From a virus, in the IMG/VR virus record IMGVR_UViG_3300018429_000060, positions 1-64,000 of that record: DNA of 64,000 bases; one strand, written 5' to 3'. A program made the position numbers and the translations under genes. Under the pieces are notes generated by a model. That model had not been told where the DNA came from. It searched no databases and worked only from the letters and a program-made list of their open reading frames with translations. Shown one piece after another: positions 30,280 through 40,350 of this stretch (position 1 is its first letter; every line of letters begins with the position of its first letter).

Positions 30280-30813
30280 GTGAGTGACCGGCCCTTCGTG
30301 CCTGGCCCCTGGTTCGCACAACCGGTGTCGACCGCGTCGACGTCGGTGCAGTCGCCACCGGCGGCCGCGCCACCGGGCCCGCCGGCGGATGCCCTGGTGG
30401 CCGCGCTGGTGGCCACGGCGCCCGTCGCGCCGACGGCCGCCGCTGTATGGGAACCACCCGCAGTCATCGTCCCGGCCCCGGCCGCGGTGATCTGGAGGCG
30501 CCCGGCGCCGGTCCCAGTGAGACGGATCCAACGCCGGCCGCGGGCAGGAAAGGAAGCTCGCTGGATGGTGCTGTACCGAGAACTGCAGACCGTTGCGACC
30601 GGCGACGTGTTCACCTGGGATCGAATGATCGAGTTACTGAAACTCACCGAGCGGATCTTGCTGTGGCAGGCGTTTGACCGCGCCAAGCGGGAACTCGCGA
30701 TGGTGCAGGGGCGAGGGTGCATCTTGGTCTATGGCGTCGGCTACCGGGTCGTCTCCACCGTCCAACAGGCAGCTCCGGCACAGCCGTACCAGCAGCCTCC
30801 CGCGCCCCTGTAA
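30280..30813 (+). CDS. hypothetical protein, possible winged-helix C-terminus
   Basis: Pro/Ala-rich N-terminus; C-terminal helices and 'VYGVGYRVV'. Confidence 0.5.
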   Translation: MSDRPFVPGPWFAQPVSTASTSVQSPPAAAPPGPPADALVAALVATAPVAPTAAAVWEPPAVIVPAPAAVIWRRPAPVPVRRIQRRPRAGKEARWMVLYRELQTVATGDVFTWDRMIELLKLTERILLWQAFDRAKRELAMVQGRGCILVYGVGYRVVSTVQQAAPAQPYQQPPAPL

Positions 30814-30893
30814 GGGACCGTCAGGGAGCCATGGCGGCGCGAGGGGTCGGGCGGACAACCTCGCCGAGAAGGTGCCTGCCCCCAGTCCGCCAG

Positions 30894-31370
30894 CTACGTG
30901 GCCGCTGCCGAGTCCGGTTCGGGCCGCCGCGGCACCGGGATCCCCCGCGCCGCCAGATAGGCGATCAACGCATCCTCGACGACATCCTGGATGTCGACGT
31001 CATGTTCAGCGGCGTAGAGCCGTACCGCCTGGCGCGCGACCCGCGTCATGTTGCAGTTGAACGCCACCATGTCCATGTCGGTGACTGTCGCCGCCGCGGT
31101 CCCTCCCCGGCGCCGGCGGCTCCTCGTCACCGGCGGCGCCAACGTCCCCGCGGTCCCCGTCGCTGTGCCCGAGGGACGAACACCCGCCGTGCGGGCGGTG
31201 CGCGGCCTGGTGGCCGGCTGAGCCGCCGGTACGGGCGGCTCGGCGGTGGCCGGCTCAGCCGGAGCCAGAGCCGGTGCGGGCGCGGGAGCTACCGCGGCCA
31301 CCGCCGCGGGGGCTGTCGGGTCCGCCGGGTGGGTCGACGCGAGTGGGCTGACCCGACGCGGTGCGCTCAT
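30894..31370 (-). CDS. ribbon-helix-helix partition adaptor (ParG-like)
   Basis: ATGA overlap with the parA stop; disordered N-terminus then 'VAFNCNMTRVARQAVRLYAAEHDVDIQDVVEDALIAYL' (strand-helix-helix). Confidence 0.7.
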   Translation of the reverse strand: MSAPRRVSPLASTHPADPTAPAAVAAVAPAPAPALAPAEPATAEPPVPAAQPATRPRTARTAGVRPSGTATGTAGTLAPPVTRSRRRRGGTAAATVTDMDMVAFNCNMTRVARQAVRLYAAEHDVDIQDVVEDALIAYLAARGIPVPRRPEPDSAAAT

Positions 31371-32203
31371 CCTGCCCGTACCTCCTCGTGCTGGTCCGCC
31401 AGCAGGCGGCCGACGAACCGGCCGTACACCTCGGCCAAGATCCGCAGCTTCGAGTCCGGCGACTGGTCCAGCGCCACCTGCGTGTTGACCGCCGTCTTGA
31501 TCCCATTCCACAGCGGGATGACGTCGGTGTGGTCGTCGGCCGACGCCCACACCGACGCCTCCGGGAAGTGCTGCTGAATCTCACCCAGGTTCAGCTTCTC
31601 CTCCTTGGTGCCTCTCCACCGCGAGATCACCACGCCGGCCCACCGCAGGCTGGGGTTGCTGTACCTCTGCACCTTCGTGATGGTCTCGCGGAGCAGGACC
31701 AGTCCGGCCGCACTCCACCGGTCTGCCTCCATGACGACCAGGACCGAGGTGTTGTCCGTGGCCGCCAGGGCATTGACCAGCAGCTGGCCCAACGCCGGGG
31801 CGTTGTCGACCAGCACCAGGTCGTACTGGTCGATCACCGGTTGCAGCGCCTCCCGCAGCCGGAACTCACGGCCCGACATGGACGCACTGATCATCTGCTC
31901 GACGTGCGCCAGGGCGCCGCTGTTGGTGACCGGGGCGAGATCCACGCCGGGCCAAATCGACTCCACGATGACCTCACGTAACGGGATCGCTCCGTTCGGG
32001 TTCAGCGCGTCAGCGACCGAGATCGTCCCCGGAGCAAGTGGCTCCGTCGCCAGCGCGTCGGTGGTGTTGCCCTGCGGGTCGAGGTCGATGACCAGCACCC
32101 TCAGCTTCTTCACCACCGCCGCACGTGCCAGGTGGACGACAGTCGTCGACTTGCCCACGCCGCCCTTCTGCATGGCGACCACCACAACACGAGCGTGTCT
32201 CAT
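31367..32203 (-). CDS. parA: ParA/Soj partition ATPase
   Basis: deviant Walker A QKGGVGKSTT, 'VIDLDPQGN', 'YDLVLVDNAP'; AGGAAAGG RBS before ATG at 32203. Confidence 0.92.
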   Translation of the reverse strand: MRHARVVVVAMQKGGVGKSTTVVHLARAAVVKKLRVLVIDLDPQGNTTDALATEPLAPGTISVADALNPNGAIPLREVIVESIWPGVDLAPVTNSGALAHVEQMISASMSGREFRLREALQPVIDQYDLVLVDNAPALGQLLVNALAATDNTSVLVVMEADRWSAAGLVLLRETITKVQRYSNPSLRWAGVVISRWRGTKEEKLNLGEIQQHFPEASVWASADDHTDVIPLWNGIKTAVNTQVALDQSPDSKLRILAEVYGRFVGRLLADQHEEVRAG

Positions 32204-32259
32204 CGGAGTCCGCTCCCCTTTCCTGCTCCAGCTCAAACCCCAGCACGCGCAATCCTGCA

Positions 32260-32500
32260 TCAGCGCGTCAGCTCCAACGCGTCGACACGCGGAACCACGA
32301 CCACGCACACACGCCAACACCTGGACACGCAGTAGCGCGTCACCGCAGAAGCGCCTCAAGGCACCAGCGCGTCAGCAACAACACGCTGAACGGCCGACAC
32401 GCATCTACCCTGTCCCGCTACCGCACTGTCACGCGTGCACGCTTGAGCAGTGTAGCGGCTTACTTCTGACCCGCTGTCAGGCGTCAACACTGACGCGTAA
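32260..32500. repeat. candidate centromere (parS-like) short repeats
   Basis: GCGCGTCA at 32263, 32335, 32367; related ACGCGT/GCGTCA variants at 32277, 32431, 32481 and 32491 upstream of parA. Confidence 0.45.
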
Positions 32501-32900
32501 ATCTGGCTAATGCAGGTCAGAGGCCAATTTGTGCCACCCAGGGGAGAGGCTGCCACCGAGCAACCACCCACCCAGCTCGGCCTCGGCAACAGCGCAGCTG
32601 CCCCTTGACGTCCTACCTGACCGCCACCGGGGACCAGAGCCACGATAGGGTGGCACCACCGGTGCAGCGGCCGCCCCCCGATGCCTTCCGAGCCGGCCCG
32701 GTCGTAGAGCACCCCCCGTACATACGCTATTTACGGACGTGCCAGGCTGACCCCGTGCCCCCTTCGTCCAGGCGCTTTTCAGGACCTCGACCCGGCCCTG
32801 CCCAGGCTCGCCGGCGCAGCCGCCACGCGGCCCGGCTCAGCTATACGTAGACATTGAGCATGTGAAGCTAGACTAGCCGTGACCTGGGAGGCTACGGCTG

Positions 32901-34058
32901 ATGAGCGACGACGACACGAACAACCGCCCAGACGCCGGGGGGCTGCCCGGTGAGGTGATCGACGCGGTGGTGGCGCGGGCGGGTTCTGCCCGGACACGGC
33001 GGCTTGTGGACGGTGTGGAGGCGGATTCGACGCGGGCCGGGCGGGTTCGGTACTGGGGCCTGTTCGAGCGGTTCTGTGGCGACTACGGCGGCCGTGGACC
33101 GGACGGCGAGCGGTTGCGCGGGTTGACGGCGTTGCCGGCCGCGCCGGACACGGTGACGGAGTTCGTCGGGTACCTGGCGCACCGTGGGTATGCGCCGGCG
33201 ACGATTCAGGCGTGCCTGTCGATCGTGCGGGCGAAGCATCGGATAGCGGGGGAGCCGGTGCCGGACGGCGTGCAGGCGGCGGCCGCGGTCCGCGGTTACG
33301 AGGCCGAGCTGCGTGCCGCCGGGTGGCGACCGAAGCGGTCCGCGCCGGCGCGGACGCGACAGCTGCAGCAGCTGGTGGAGGTCTGCGACCCCATGACGGC
33401 CCAGGGTTTGCGGGATCGGGCGATGGTGCTGCTGGGGTACTCGATCGCGGGCACCAGAACGGCGTTGGCCGCGATGGATATGACCGACCTGACCCCGCTC
33501 GACGCCCGGCAGCACGAGGTGCGGGTCTTTCGTGGCGAGCGACGTGAGCGACGGTTGGTGCCGGTTCCGCACTGGGGGACGCCGGCGCGTGGTCGCTGCG
33601 GTGATCCGCTGTGCCCGCTGTGCGCGACCTTCGCCTGGATCGGGCGCCTGAACGAGGGTGGCGTGCGGCGGGGCGCGTTGTTCCGGCCGGTGGACCGGTC
33701 GGGCAACATCGCCGGGATCCGCGCGGTGGCCGGCGGACATGACGAGCGGCTGAGTGTGACCGCAGTGAACCTGATCCTGCGACGGTTGCGGCGGCGGGCC
33801 GAGCTGCCGGAGAACGTCACCCCGCACTCGCTGCGGGCCGGGTTCGCGGTCGAGTCGATCGAGCGCGGCGTCGACGAGCGGGACGTGCGTCGCCACGGTG
33901 GGTGGGTGGCGCACTCGACGGCGTTCACGGTTTACACGCGGGGGCTGCTCGACCAGGAGGCCGCGGGGCCGGGCCGGCGTGCCGCTGCGGTGGCCCGGCC
34001 GAACCCGCTGTTGACGATCGCCCGCGACTTGAGGTCGAGCGGGCCGCAGGACGGGTGA
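32901..34058 (+). CDS. Cre-like tyrosine recombinase/resolvase
   Basis: 'GLRDRAMVLLGY...R', 'HSLRAGF', 'HGGW', terminal Tyr; N-terminal SAM-like domain. Confidence 0.88.
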   Translation: MSDDDTNNRPDAGGLPGEVIDAVVARAGSARTRRLVDGVEADSTRAGRVRYWGLFERFCGDYGGRGPDGERLRGLTALPAAPDTVTEFVGYLAHRGYAPATIQACLSIVRAKHRIAGEPVPDGVQAAAAVRGYEAELRAAGWRPKRSAPARTRQLQQLVEVCDPMTAQGLRDRAMVLLGYSIAGTRTALAAMDMTDLTPLDARQHEVRVFRGERRERRLVPVPHWGTPARGRCGDPLCPLCATFAWIGRLNEGGVRRGALFRPVDRSGNIAGIRAVAGGHDERLSVTAVNLILRRLRRRAELPENVTPHSLRAGFAVESIERGVDERDVRRHGGWVAHSTAFTVYTRGLLDQEAAGPGRRAAAVARPNPLLTIARDLRSSGPQDG

Positions 34059-34447
34059 CGCGATTCGCGGTACGCGGTACCGCCGACCGGCGGCACTTTC
34101 GGCCCTGAGACGGCCTGTGCGGAGTTCGGCGGTGGCATCACCCTCGGCGACCGGTGTTGGTGCGGCAGCGGCTGACTGAGGGACCGGGGGGAGTGGTTCC
34201 GCCAATGATCGTCCAGCGGTGTCGGCCGGGGGCGGTGGCTGGTGGACAGCCCGCTCGCGCGCACGCGCGTACGGGACGTAACCCGTAGCACTCAGGTTGA
34301 GCCGATCACTTCAGCACGTACGGATCCCAGCGCCAGGTTTCGGTCCGCCGGGGGGCGGGGGGCGGCGGTTCGCCCCCCGCTTTGTTGATCTTCGGCTGTG
34401 GATGTTCGTAGTTGGTGTTTTGCCGTTGGTCTTCTTCTTACTACCCG

Positions 34448-34601
34448 CTCCGTACGTCTGTACTCCAGACGTCTGTACTCCAGACGTCTGTACTCCAGAC
34501 GTCTGGAGTACAGACGTACGGAGATCAGTCCTGACCTGCGGTTATCATCGGTCTTCGACTGCACTCCGTACGTGCGGAGACCAGTGCTGACCTGCGGTTA
34601 T
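34448..34601. repeat. iteron/palindrome cluster, candidate replication origin
   Basis: GTCTGTACTCCAGAC x3 (34456-34500) plus an inverted copy (34501-34515) within 23-bp perfect inverted arms; 25-bp direct repeat at 34521 and 34577 (23/25 identical). Confidence 0.75.
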
Positions 34602-34828
34602 AGGGCGTGGGTTGTGCTTCGAAGTGTAGCTATCCGGCGGCACCGGGCAGGCTCGCCGGCGGGGGAGGAAGATGCGTGCCGCGAATGCATCGAGGTCGGC
34701 ATCGGCGCCGGGCGCGGTCCCCGGTCACGGCGAGCGGGCGCGCCAGGAGGCCGGATCCGTCGAGGTCAGCGCCCCCCTGTCCTGACTGTGGCAGGGAGCC
34801 AGGTCAGCTCAGCGGATCGGCACGACGA

Positions 34829-35374
34829 TCAGTGCGTGTCGTGCTCGTCGAGCGGCAGCATGTCCGCCGGGTCTTCCTGCCTGCCAGCAGCCCGACGTCG
34901 ACGAGCAGGGCGGTCAGTGGCAGCGCCGGTCTGTGCGGTGACCGATTTGGGCGGTGCGAAGGTGGCGGTCGGGGTTTTCCGGGGCGACCGGGGCTGCCGT
35001 GGCCGATAGGTGCGTTTGTCCTCGGGGACTGGGAGCGGTTGGAGTTTGAAGTCCATGCCGGTGACCTGTCCCCGACGGTTGCGGGTGTACTCGCGGCAGA
35101 GGTATCCGGCCCGCTCGAGCTCGTACAGCAGGTCCTCGGCGGCGTGCACGCCGCAGCCGCCGGCGTCGGCGATGTCCTGCGCCGAGGTCATCCAGCCGTC
35201 GTCGTTGCTGTTCATCCAGGACCAGGCCCACCGGGCCGCGGGGGACAGGCTGGTGTCACGGATCAGTGCGTTCGGTGATGCGGTCCAGCCGTCGGCTTTG
35301 AACGCCTCGACGTCCTTGGTGATGCGTGCGCGTCGACGGGTCACTGCTGAACCAGCAAGGTGACTGTGTGACAC
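34829..35374 (-). CDS. HTH replication-initiator-like protein
   Basis: 'PNALIRDTSLSPAAR...L.ELERAGYL' winged-HTH typical of phage/plasmid initiators; adjacent to the iterons. Confidence 0.65.
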   Translation of the reverse strand: MSHSHLAGSAVTRRRARITKDVEAFKADGWTASPNALIRDTSLSPAARWAWSWMNSNDDGWMTSAQDIADAGGCGVHAAEDLLYELERAGYLCREYTRNRRGQVTGMDFKLQPLPVPEDKRTYRPRQPRSPRKTPTATFAPPKSVTAQTGAATDRPARRRRAAGRQEDPADMLPLDEHDTH

Positions 35375-35878
35375 AGGATGATCACGTTGTGACGTCCTCC
35401 GAGTGGGGCGTCATACGTGATCGAAGTCCTGGGGTGTCCCCGTTTCCATACAGAGGGGGCACCCGTTAGACTGGGAGACGGTACGACGCAAGGCTTCTTC
35501 GTGGTTGCCGGGCTCGTATTCAGTTGGTTCCGTCGTTCGTCCCGGCCGGGGAGAACGACGGTTGAGCTAGAAGGGACCGGGTCCGGTCCCACGCGACGAG
35601 CCCTCGGCGGTCCCCGATGGGCTCGTTTCGCGTTTCTGGCTCTGTTGTGCGTGTGATCCTAAACCTGTCGGCGGTCACCCTTACGGACCTACCCCACTGT
35701 CGGGGGGTCGCGGCTGGTCCGGCACAGGTTGGCCGGATGGCTGCTCCAGCAAGGGCACACCGGGCCTTCGCCGCTGGTGAGGCGTCGCTGGCCGCCCGTG
35801 ACGGTGCGTAGACCGGCTTGTCTCATGAGGGGGACAGGGGCTGTCACCCCGTCGGCGACCGGTGGTCGCGGCGTGGAT

Positions 35879-36751
35879 CTAGCCTCGGGTGCCGCTGGTG
35901 TCGGTCAGCGTGTTGAACCCGGCGCGCAGTCGGGTGCCGATCGCCACGGCCTCTCGGACGATCGGGTCCGGCGATGACGCCGCCGGGCCGTCCTCCCGGA
36001 GCAGGAACATCGCGTAGGCCACCGTGCCCGCCGACGTGCGGGTCGGCCGCGACGTCATCGCTTCGCCGGCGCCGTCGATGGCCTCAATCAGGAGCCGCCG
36101 CTGCTGCTCGTCGTCGACCAGGGCGGCCAGGTGCTCGCGGTGGTCAACCAGGACCTCGGCCACCCGCAGCAGCTGCGGATGGTGCTCGACAAGCCAGCGG
36201 TCAACCCGGCCGGCGTGCTCGGTCTCGGCGGCGGTGGGCGGGTGTTCGCCGCCGCGGCGCCACCGGGTGGTCAGCAGCTTCCGCCGGTTCCACACCGCCT
36301 GGCGGGACCAGAGGCCGAGCCAGCGGCCGAACAGGCTCGGCAGGGCGTGCACCTCGTGGCCGGTGTCCAGCACAGCCAGCTCGTGGCGCTGCAGGGCCTG
36401 GTCGGCCTGCTGGCGTAGGTACCGGACCAGCAGGGCCCGGTCGGGCAGCTCGGCGCGGCGGACCTCGTCGGGTACCCGACGGTGCTGGTGCAGGTAGTGC
36501 ACCACCGTGGTGACGTCGTCCTCGTCGACGACCGTGCGGGGGTAGTAGTCCAGGTCCGGGTCGTGTGCGGTGCTGCGGAGCCGGCGGATGCGGTCGGCCG
36601 CGCACTGGGCGTCGCTGTCGGACACCGCCGGCACGAGCTCGGTGAGGCGCCGGCGGACCCGGCCGCGGCCGCGGTCCGGTGTGCGGGGCTGCCTCAGCGA
36701 GGTCATGTCAGTCAGCATCCCACTCACCATCGTGTGGTGTGGGTGGCCCAC
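35879..36751 (-). CDS. hypothetical protein
   Basis: long helical ORF; start may be ATG at 36706. Confidence 0.6.
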   Translation of the reverse strand: MGHPHHTMVSGMLTDMTSLRQPRTPDRGRGRVRRRLTELVPAVSDSDAQCAADRIRRLRSTAHDPDLDYYPRTVVDEDDVTTVVHYLHQHRRVPDEVRRAELPDRALLVRYLRQQADQALQRHELAVLDTGHEVHALPSLFGRWLGLWSRQAVWNRRKLLTTRWRRGGEHPPTAAETEHAGRVDRWLVEHHPQLLRVAEVLVDHREHLAALVDDEQQRRLLIEAIDGAGEAMTSRPTRTSAGTVAYAMFLLREDGPAASSPDPIVREAVAIGTRLRAGFNTLTDTSGTRG

Positions 36752-37125
36752 TCCTACCCCAAGGCGGTGACGGGTCGCGGCAGTCCGTGTCCGTCGACGG
36801 TGCTGTGGTTAGCGTGATCGACGGGGATGGAGGATCCCGCCTCCACCTAGAACCCGACCGTTGCACGGAGCGCCCAGCGAGCCGCGCAACACCCTCACCG
36901 GCCGCCGTTGGCCGGAACGGTGAGGCGGTTCCCTCCATCCCCGTCCTTCCAGATGGTTCGCGTCACCCTGGCCGGGCACCGACTCCTCAATCCCTCAGCC
37001 GGCCAGGGTGACGTGGCCGCTGGACCCCCGCGGCCGTTGATCACCGCGGCTATGCTCTGGCCAGGCACAGCACAGCCGACTGGCGCACCGGGGCCGGGCA
37101 CACCCAGCAGAGGTGTGACCCCCGG

Positions 37126-40100
37126 ATGGCAGTCGAAGGCGGCCCGATCGCGCAAGCCGCGGCCGAGCTCGTCATGGACGTCTCCTCGTTCGGGCCCGAC
37201 GTCAAGCGCAAGGTCACCGCCGCGGCGGCGGCCGCGGGCAAGGACTTCGACCGTGAGCTGATCAAGGCCACCCAGCGCACCGGCGGTGTGGTCGGCAACG
37301 GCATCTGGACCAAGGTCGAGGACGGCGCCGGCCGCGGCGGTGTCCGCGCCGGGCAGGAGTTCGACCGGGGGGTGCGGGCGGCGACCCGCCGCACCGGCAC
37401 CCAGCTGGGCCGGTCCGGCACCCAGGCCGGGTTCTCCTGGGGCAACGCGTTCAAGACAGCGCTGGCGCTGGTGCTCACCGGTGCGCTGCTGCGTGGGGTG
37501 TTCGCGCCGCTGGAGGCGGTCGGCAAGGGCCTCGGGCTGGCCACCGTCGGCGCCGGCGCCGCGGCCGCCGCGGCGGGGCTGCTGCAGATCGTCGCGGCCG
37601 CCGCGCCGGCCACCGGGGTGCTGCTGCTGATCCCGGCGCTGGCGGTGGCGGCCGGCGCCGGGCTGCTCACCCTGCGGGTGGCCCTGTCCGGGATGGGGGA
37701 GGCGTTCTCGGCTGCCCTGTCCGGTGACCCCCGCAAGTTCGCCGAGGCGATCGAGTCGCTGTCGCCGGCGGCGCGGTTGGTGGCGCAGGAGTTCCAGCGG
37801 CTGGTGCCGGAGCTGCACGACATCCGTGACGCGACCCAGGAGGCGTTCTTCGGGCCGTTGCAGGGGCGGCTGACGGCGATCGCCGCCACCCTGCTGGGTC
37901 CGGTCCGGTCCGGCATGGTCGGCGTCTCGGCGGCCAGCGCCCAGGTGGCGCTCGGCCTCGGTGACATCGCGGCCCAGGCGCCCACCACGGCGCTGGTCGC
38001 CGGCGGCTTCGACCTGGCCCGCCTGGCGGTGGCGGCGCTGCTGCCCGGTGTGCTGGCGATCGTGCTCGGGGTCCGTGACCTCGGGGTGGTGGCGCTGCCG
38101 CTGCTGTCGCAGATGTCGGCGGCCACCGGTGGTGTCGCCGTCCAGTTCGGGCAGTGGCTGTCCGCGATCGCCGCGTCCGGTCAGGCGGTCACCTGGATCC
38201 AGCAGGCGCTGGCCACGCTGGCCCAGTTCGGGCAGCTGCTGCTGCAGGTCGGCGGCATCATCGGGGCCGTCCTGGGCGCCGCCCAGACCTCCGGCGCCGG
38301 TGCCCTGGTGACGCTGACGGAGCTGCTGCACAGCGTCAACGCGTTCCTGTCCGGCACCGCCGGGCAGACCGCGCTGGTCAGCATCTTCACCTCGTTGAGC
38401 CAGGTCGGTGCCGCCCTGTCGCCGGTGCTGACCGCGCTGCTGGTGCAGCTCGGCCTGATCGCCCCGTTCGCCGCCCAGATCGCCGTCGCGCTCGGCCCCG
38501 GACTGGCCTCCGCGGTCGGCTCTCTCGGGCAGGCCCTGGTTGGTCTGGGGCCCGGTTTCGTGGCCATCGCGGCCGGGCTGAGCCAAGGGTTGATCGCCGC
38601 CGGCCCCGGCATCATCGCTCTCGCCGGGGCGCTCGGGATGCTGCTCGGGTCGGTGGGTCCGCTGCTGCCCCAGCTCGGGCTGCTGGTCGGGTTGGTCGCC
38701 GGCGTGCTCGGTCAGGCGCTGGTCAGCGTCACCCCCGCGCTGATCGCCGTCGCCGGGGTGGTGCTGCGGCTGCTCACCGCGGTGGCGCCGCTGATTCCCG
38801 TGCTGGGCCAGCTGGTCGCCGTGGTGGCGGTCGCGCTCGTGCAGGCCCTCGATGCGCTGCTCCCGGCGATCGAGCCGATCGTCGCCGGACTCGTCTCCGG
38901 GCTCGCCCCCGTCCTTCCCGAACTCGCCCGCGCCTTCGCCGGCCTGGTGGCCGCCGTGGCGCCGCTGCTACCGCCGCTCGGTGCGCTGATCGGGTTCGTG
39001 CTACGCCTGGCCGGCATCGCCCTGGCCTTCCAGTTCAAGGGCCTGGCCGACGCGTTCGAGCTGATCGCGGCCGTGATCGGCCCCGTCGTCGCCGGCATCT
39101 CCCGGTTCGTGTCCTACCTGGGGTCGCTGGACTTCGGGGCGATCGCCGCCGGCATCGGCGGTGCGTTCGCCGGCGCCGGCGCCGCGATCCTCGGCTTCTT
39201 CCGCGGCCTGCCCGGCCAGGTCGGGCGGGCGCTGCTCGGCCTCGGCCGCGCCACCGGCAGCGCCTTCACCAGCGCCGGTCAGGCCATCCAGGACTTCCTC
39301 ACCAGCCTGCCGGGGATGCTCCTGCGCGGGCTCGCCGGCCTGGGGCGGCTCTGGTTCACCCTGTTCACCAGCGCGCTGCAGCTGGGGCTGCAGGCCATCG
39401 GCATCGGCATCGCGTTGATCATCCAGGCGTTCATCGTGCTGCCGGGGCTGATCGGCCGCGGCCTGGTGGCGCTGCCCGGCGTCATCGCCGGCGCCTTCGC
39501 CGCCGCGTGGCGGCTCGCCGTCGACGCCACCACCGCGGCGGTCGCCGCGATCGTGGCGTGGCTGGCCGGGCTGGGCCGTGACGTCGGGTCGATCCTGTCC
39601 GCGCTGCCCGGCCAGGTCGGCGGGTTCTTCCGCGACGCGTTCGCCTCCGGCAAGGCGTGGGTGCTGGACGGGGTGACCGTCATCGTCGGCTACGTCTCGA
39701 CCCTGCCGGGGCGCATCGGCGGGTTCCTGTCCGGGCTGCCCGGCCAGATCGGCGCGATCTTCCGCAACGCGTTCGCCTCCGGCAAGCAGTGGGCGCTGGA
39801 CGGGGTCAACACCATCGTCGGCTACATCGCCGGCCTCCCCGGCCGCATCGGCGCCTTCGCCGGGCAGATGTTCGACGCCGGCGCCCGGCTGGGGAGCCGC
39901 CTGCTCGACGGGCTGCGTCAGCTCGGGTCGTTCGTGTCCGGGCTGGGGCGGGCGTTGCTGAACTACGTCATCGACGGCATCAACCGCGGCATCAGCTCGG
40001 CCTGGAAGCTGCCCGGTGCGCCGCCGCAGATCCCCCGCATGGCCAAGGGCGCCATCGTCGACAAGGCCACCCTCGCCCTGCTCGGTGAGGCCGGCCGCGA

Positions 40101-40326
40101 GGTGGTCATCCCGCTGACCAAGCCGGCGCGGGCGGTGCAGCTGGCCGCCGACTCGGGCCTGCTCGACCTGCTCATCCGCCAGGGCGCGCTGCGGCCCCGC
40201 GGCGGCGACGGCGCCGTGCAGCAGGTCGTGATCAACGCCCCGATCACGGTGCAGGCGCCGTACTCCGACCCCGAGCTGGTCGCCCTGGCCACCGTCGACC
40301 GGCTGCTGCGTGAGGCGGAACTGTGA
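37126..40326 (+). CDS. tape measure protein
   Basis: 1066 aa, Ala/Gly/Leu-rich helical repeats (LPG..G.FF), C-terminal 'MAKGAIV...LLGEAGREVVIPL'. Confidence 0.88.
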   Translation: MAVEGGPIAQAAAELVMDVSSFGPDVKRKVTAAAAAAGKDFDRELIKATQRTGGVVGNGIWTKVEDGAGRGGVRAGQEFDRGVRAATRRTGTQLGRSGTQAGFSWGNAFKTALALVLTGALLRGVFAPLEAVGKGLGLATVGAGAAAAAAGLLQIVAAAAPATGVLLLIPALAVAAGAGLLTLRVALSGMGEAFSAALSGDPRKFAEAIESLSPAARLVAQEFQRLVPELHDIRDATQEAFFGPLQGRLTAIAATLLGPVRSGMVGVSAASAQVALGLGDIAAQAPTTALVAGGFDLARLAVAALLPGVLAIVLGVRDLGVVALPLLSQMSAATGGVAVQFGQWLSAIAASGQAVTWIQQALATLAQFGQLLLQVGGIIGAVLGAAQTSGAGALVTLTELLHSVNAFLSGTAGQTALVSIFTSLSQVGAALSPVLTALLVQLGLIAPFAAQIAVALGPGLASAVGSLGQALVGLGPGFVAIAAGLSQGLIAAGPGIIALAGALGMLLGSVGPLLPQLGLLVGLVAGVLGQALVSVTPALIAVAGVVLRLLTAVAPLIPVLGQLVAVVAVALVQALDALLPAIEPIVAGLVSGLAPVLPELARAFAGLVAAVAPLLPPLGALIGFVLRLAGIALAFQFKGLADAFELIAAVIGPVVAGISRFVSYLGSLDFGAIAAGIGGAFAGAGAAILGFFRGLPGQVGRALLGLGRATGSAFTSAGQAIQDFLTSLPGMLLRGLAGLGRLWFTLFTSALQLGLQAIGIGIALIIQAFIVLPGLIGRGLVALPGVIAGAFAAAWRLAVDATTAAVAAIVAWLAGLGRDVGSILSALPGQVGGFFRDAFASGKAWVLDGVTVIVGYVSTLPGRIGGFLSGLPGQIGAIFRNAFASGKQWALDGVNTIVGYIAGLPGRIGAFAGQMFDAGARLGSRLLDGLRQLGSFVSGLGRALLNYVIDGINRGISSAWKLPGAPPQIPRMAKGAIVDKATLALLGEAGREVVIPLTKPARAVQLAADSGLLDLLIRQGALRPRGGDGAVQQVVINAPITVQAPYSDPELVALATVDRLLREAEL

Positions 40327-40350
40327 CCCCGCGCAGTGTGAGGAGCGGTC

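Noticed and set aside
32901-34058. Prophage integrase with an att site
   Set aside because: Cre-like motifs and par/rep context favour a resolvase; no tRNA or att duplication seen; no convincing lox-like site identified
34292-34590. ORFs with RLEYR/VCTPD/RLYSR peptide repeats
   Set aside because: Translations of the 15-bp DNA repeats; stop codons separate them from the rep ORF
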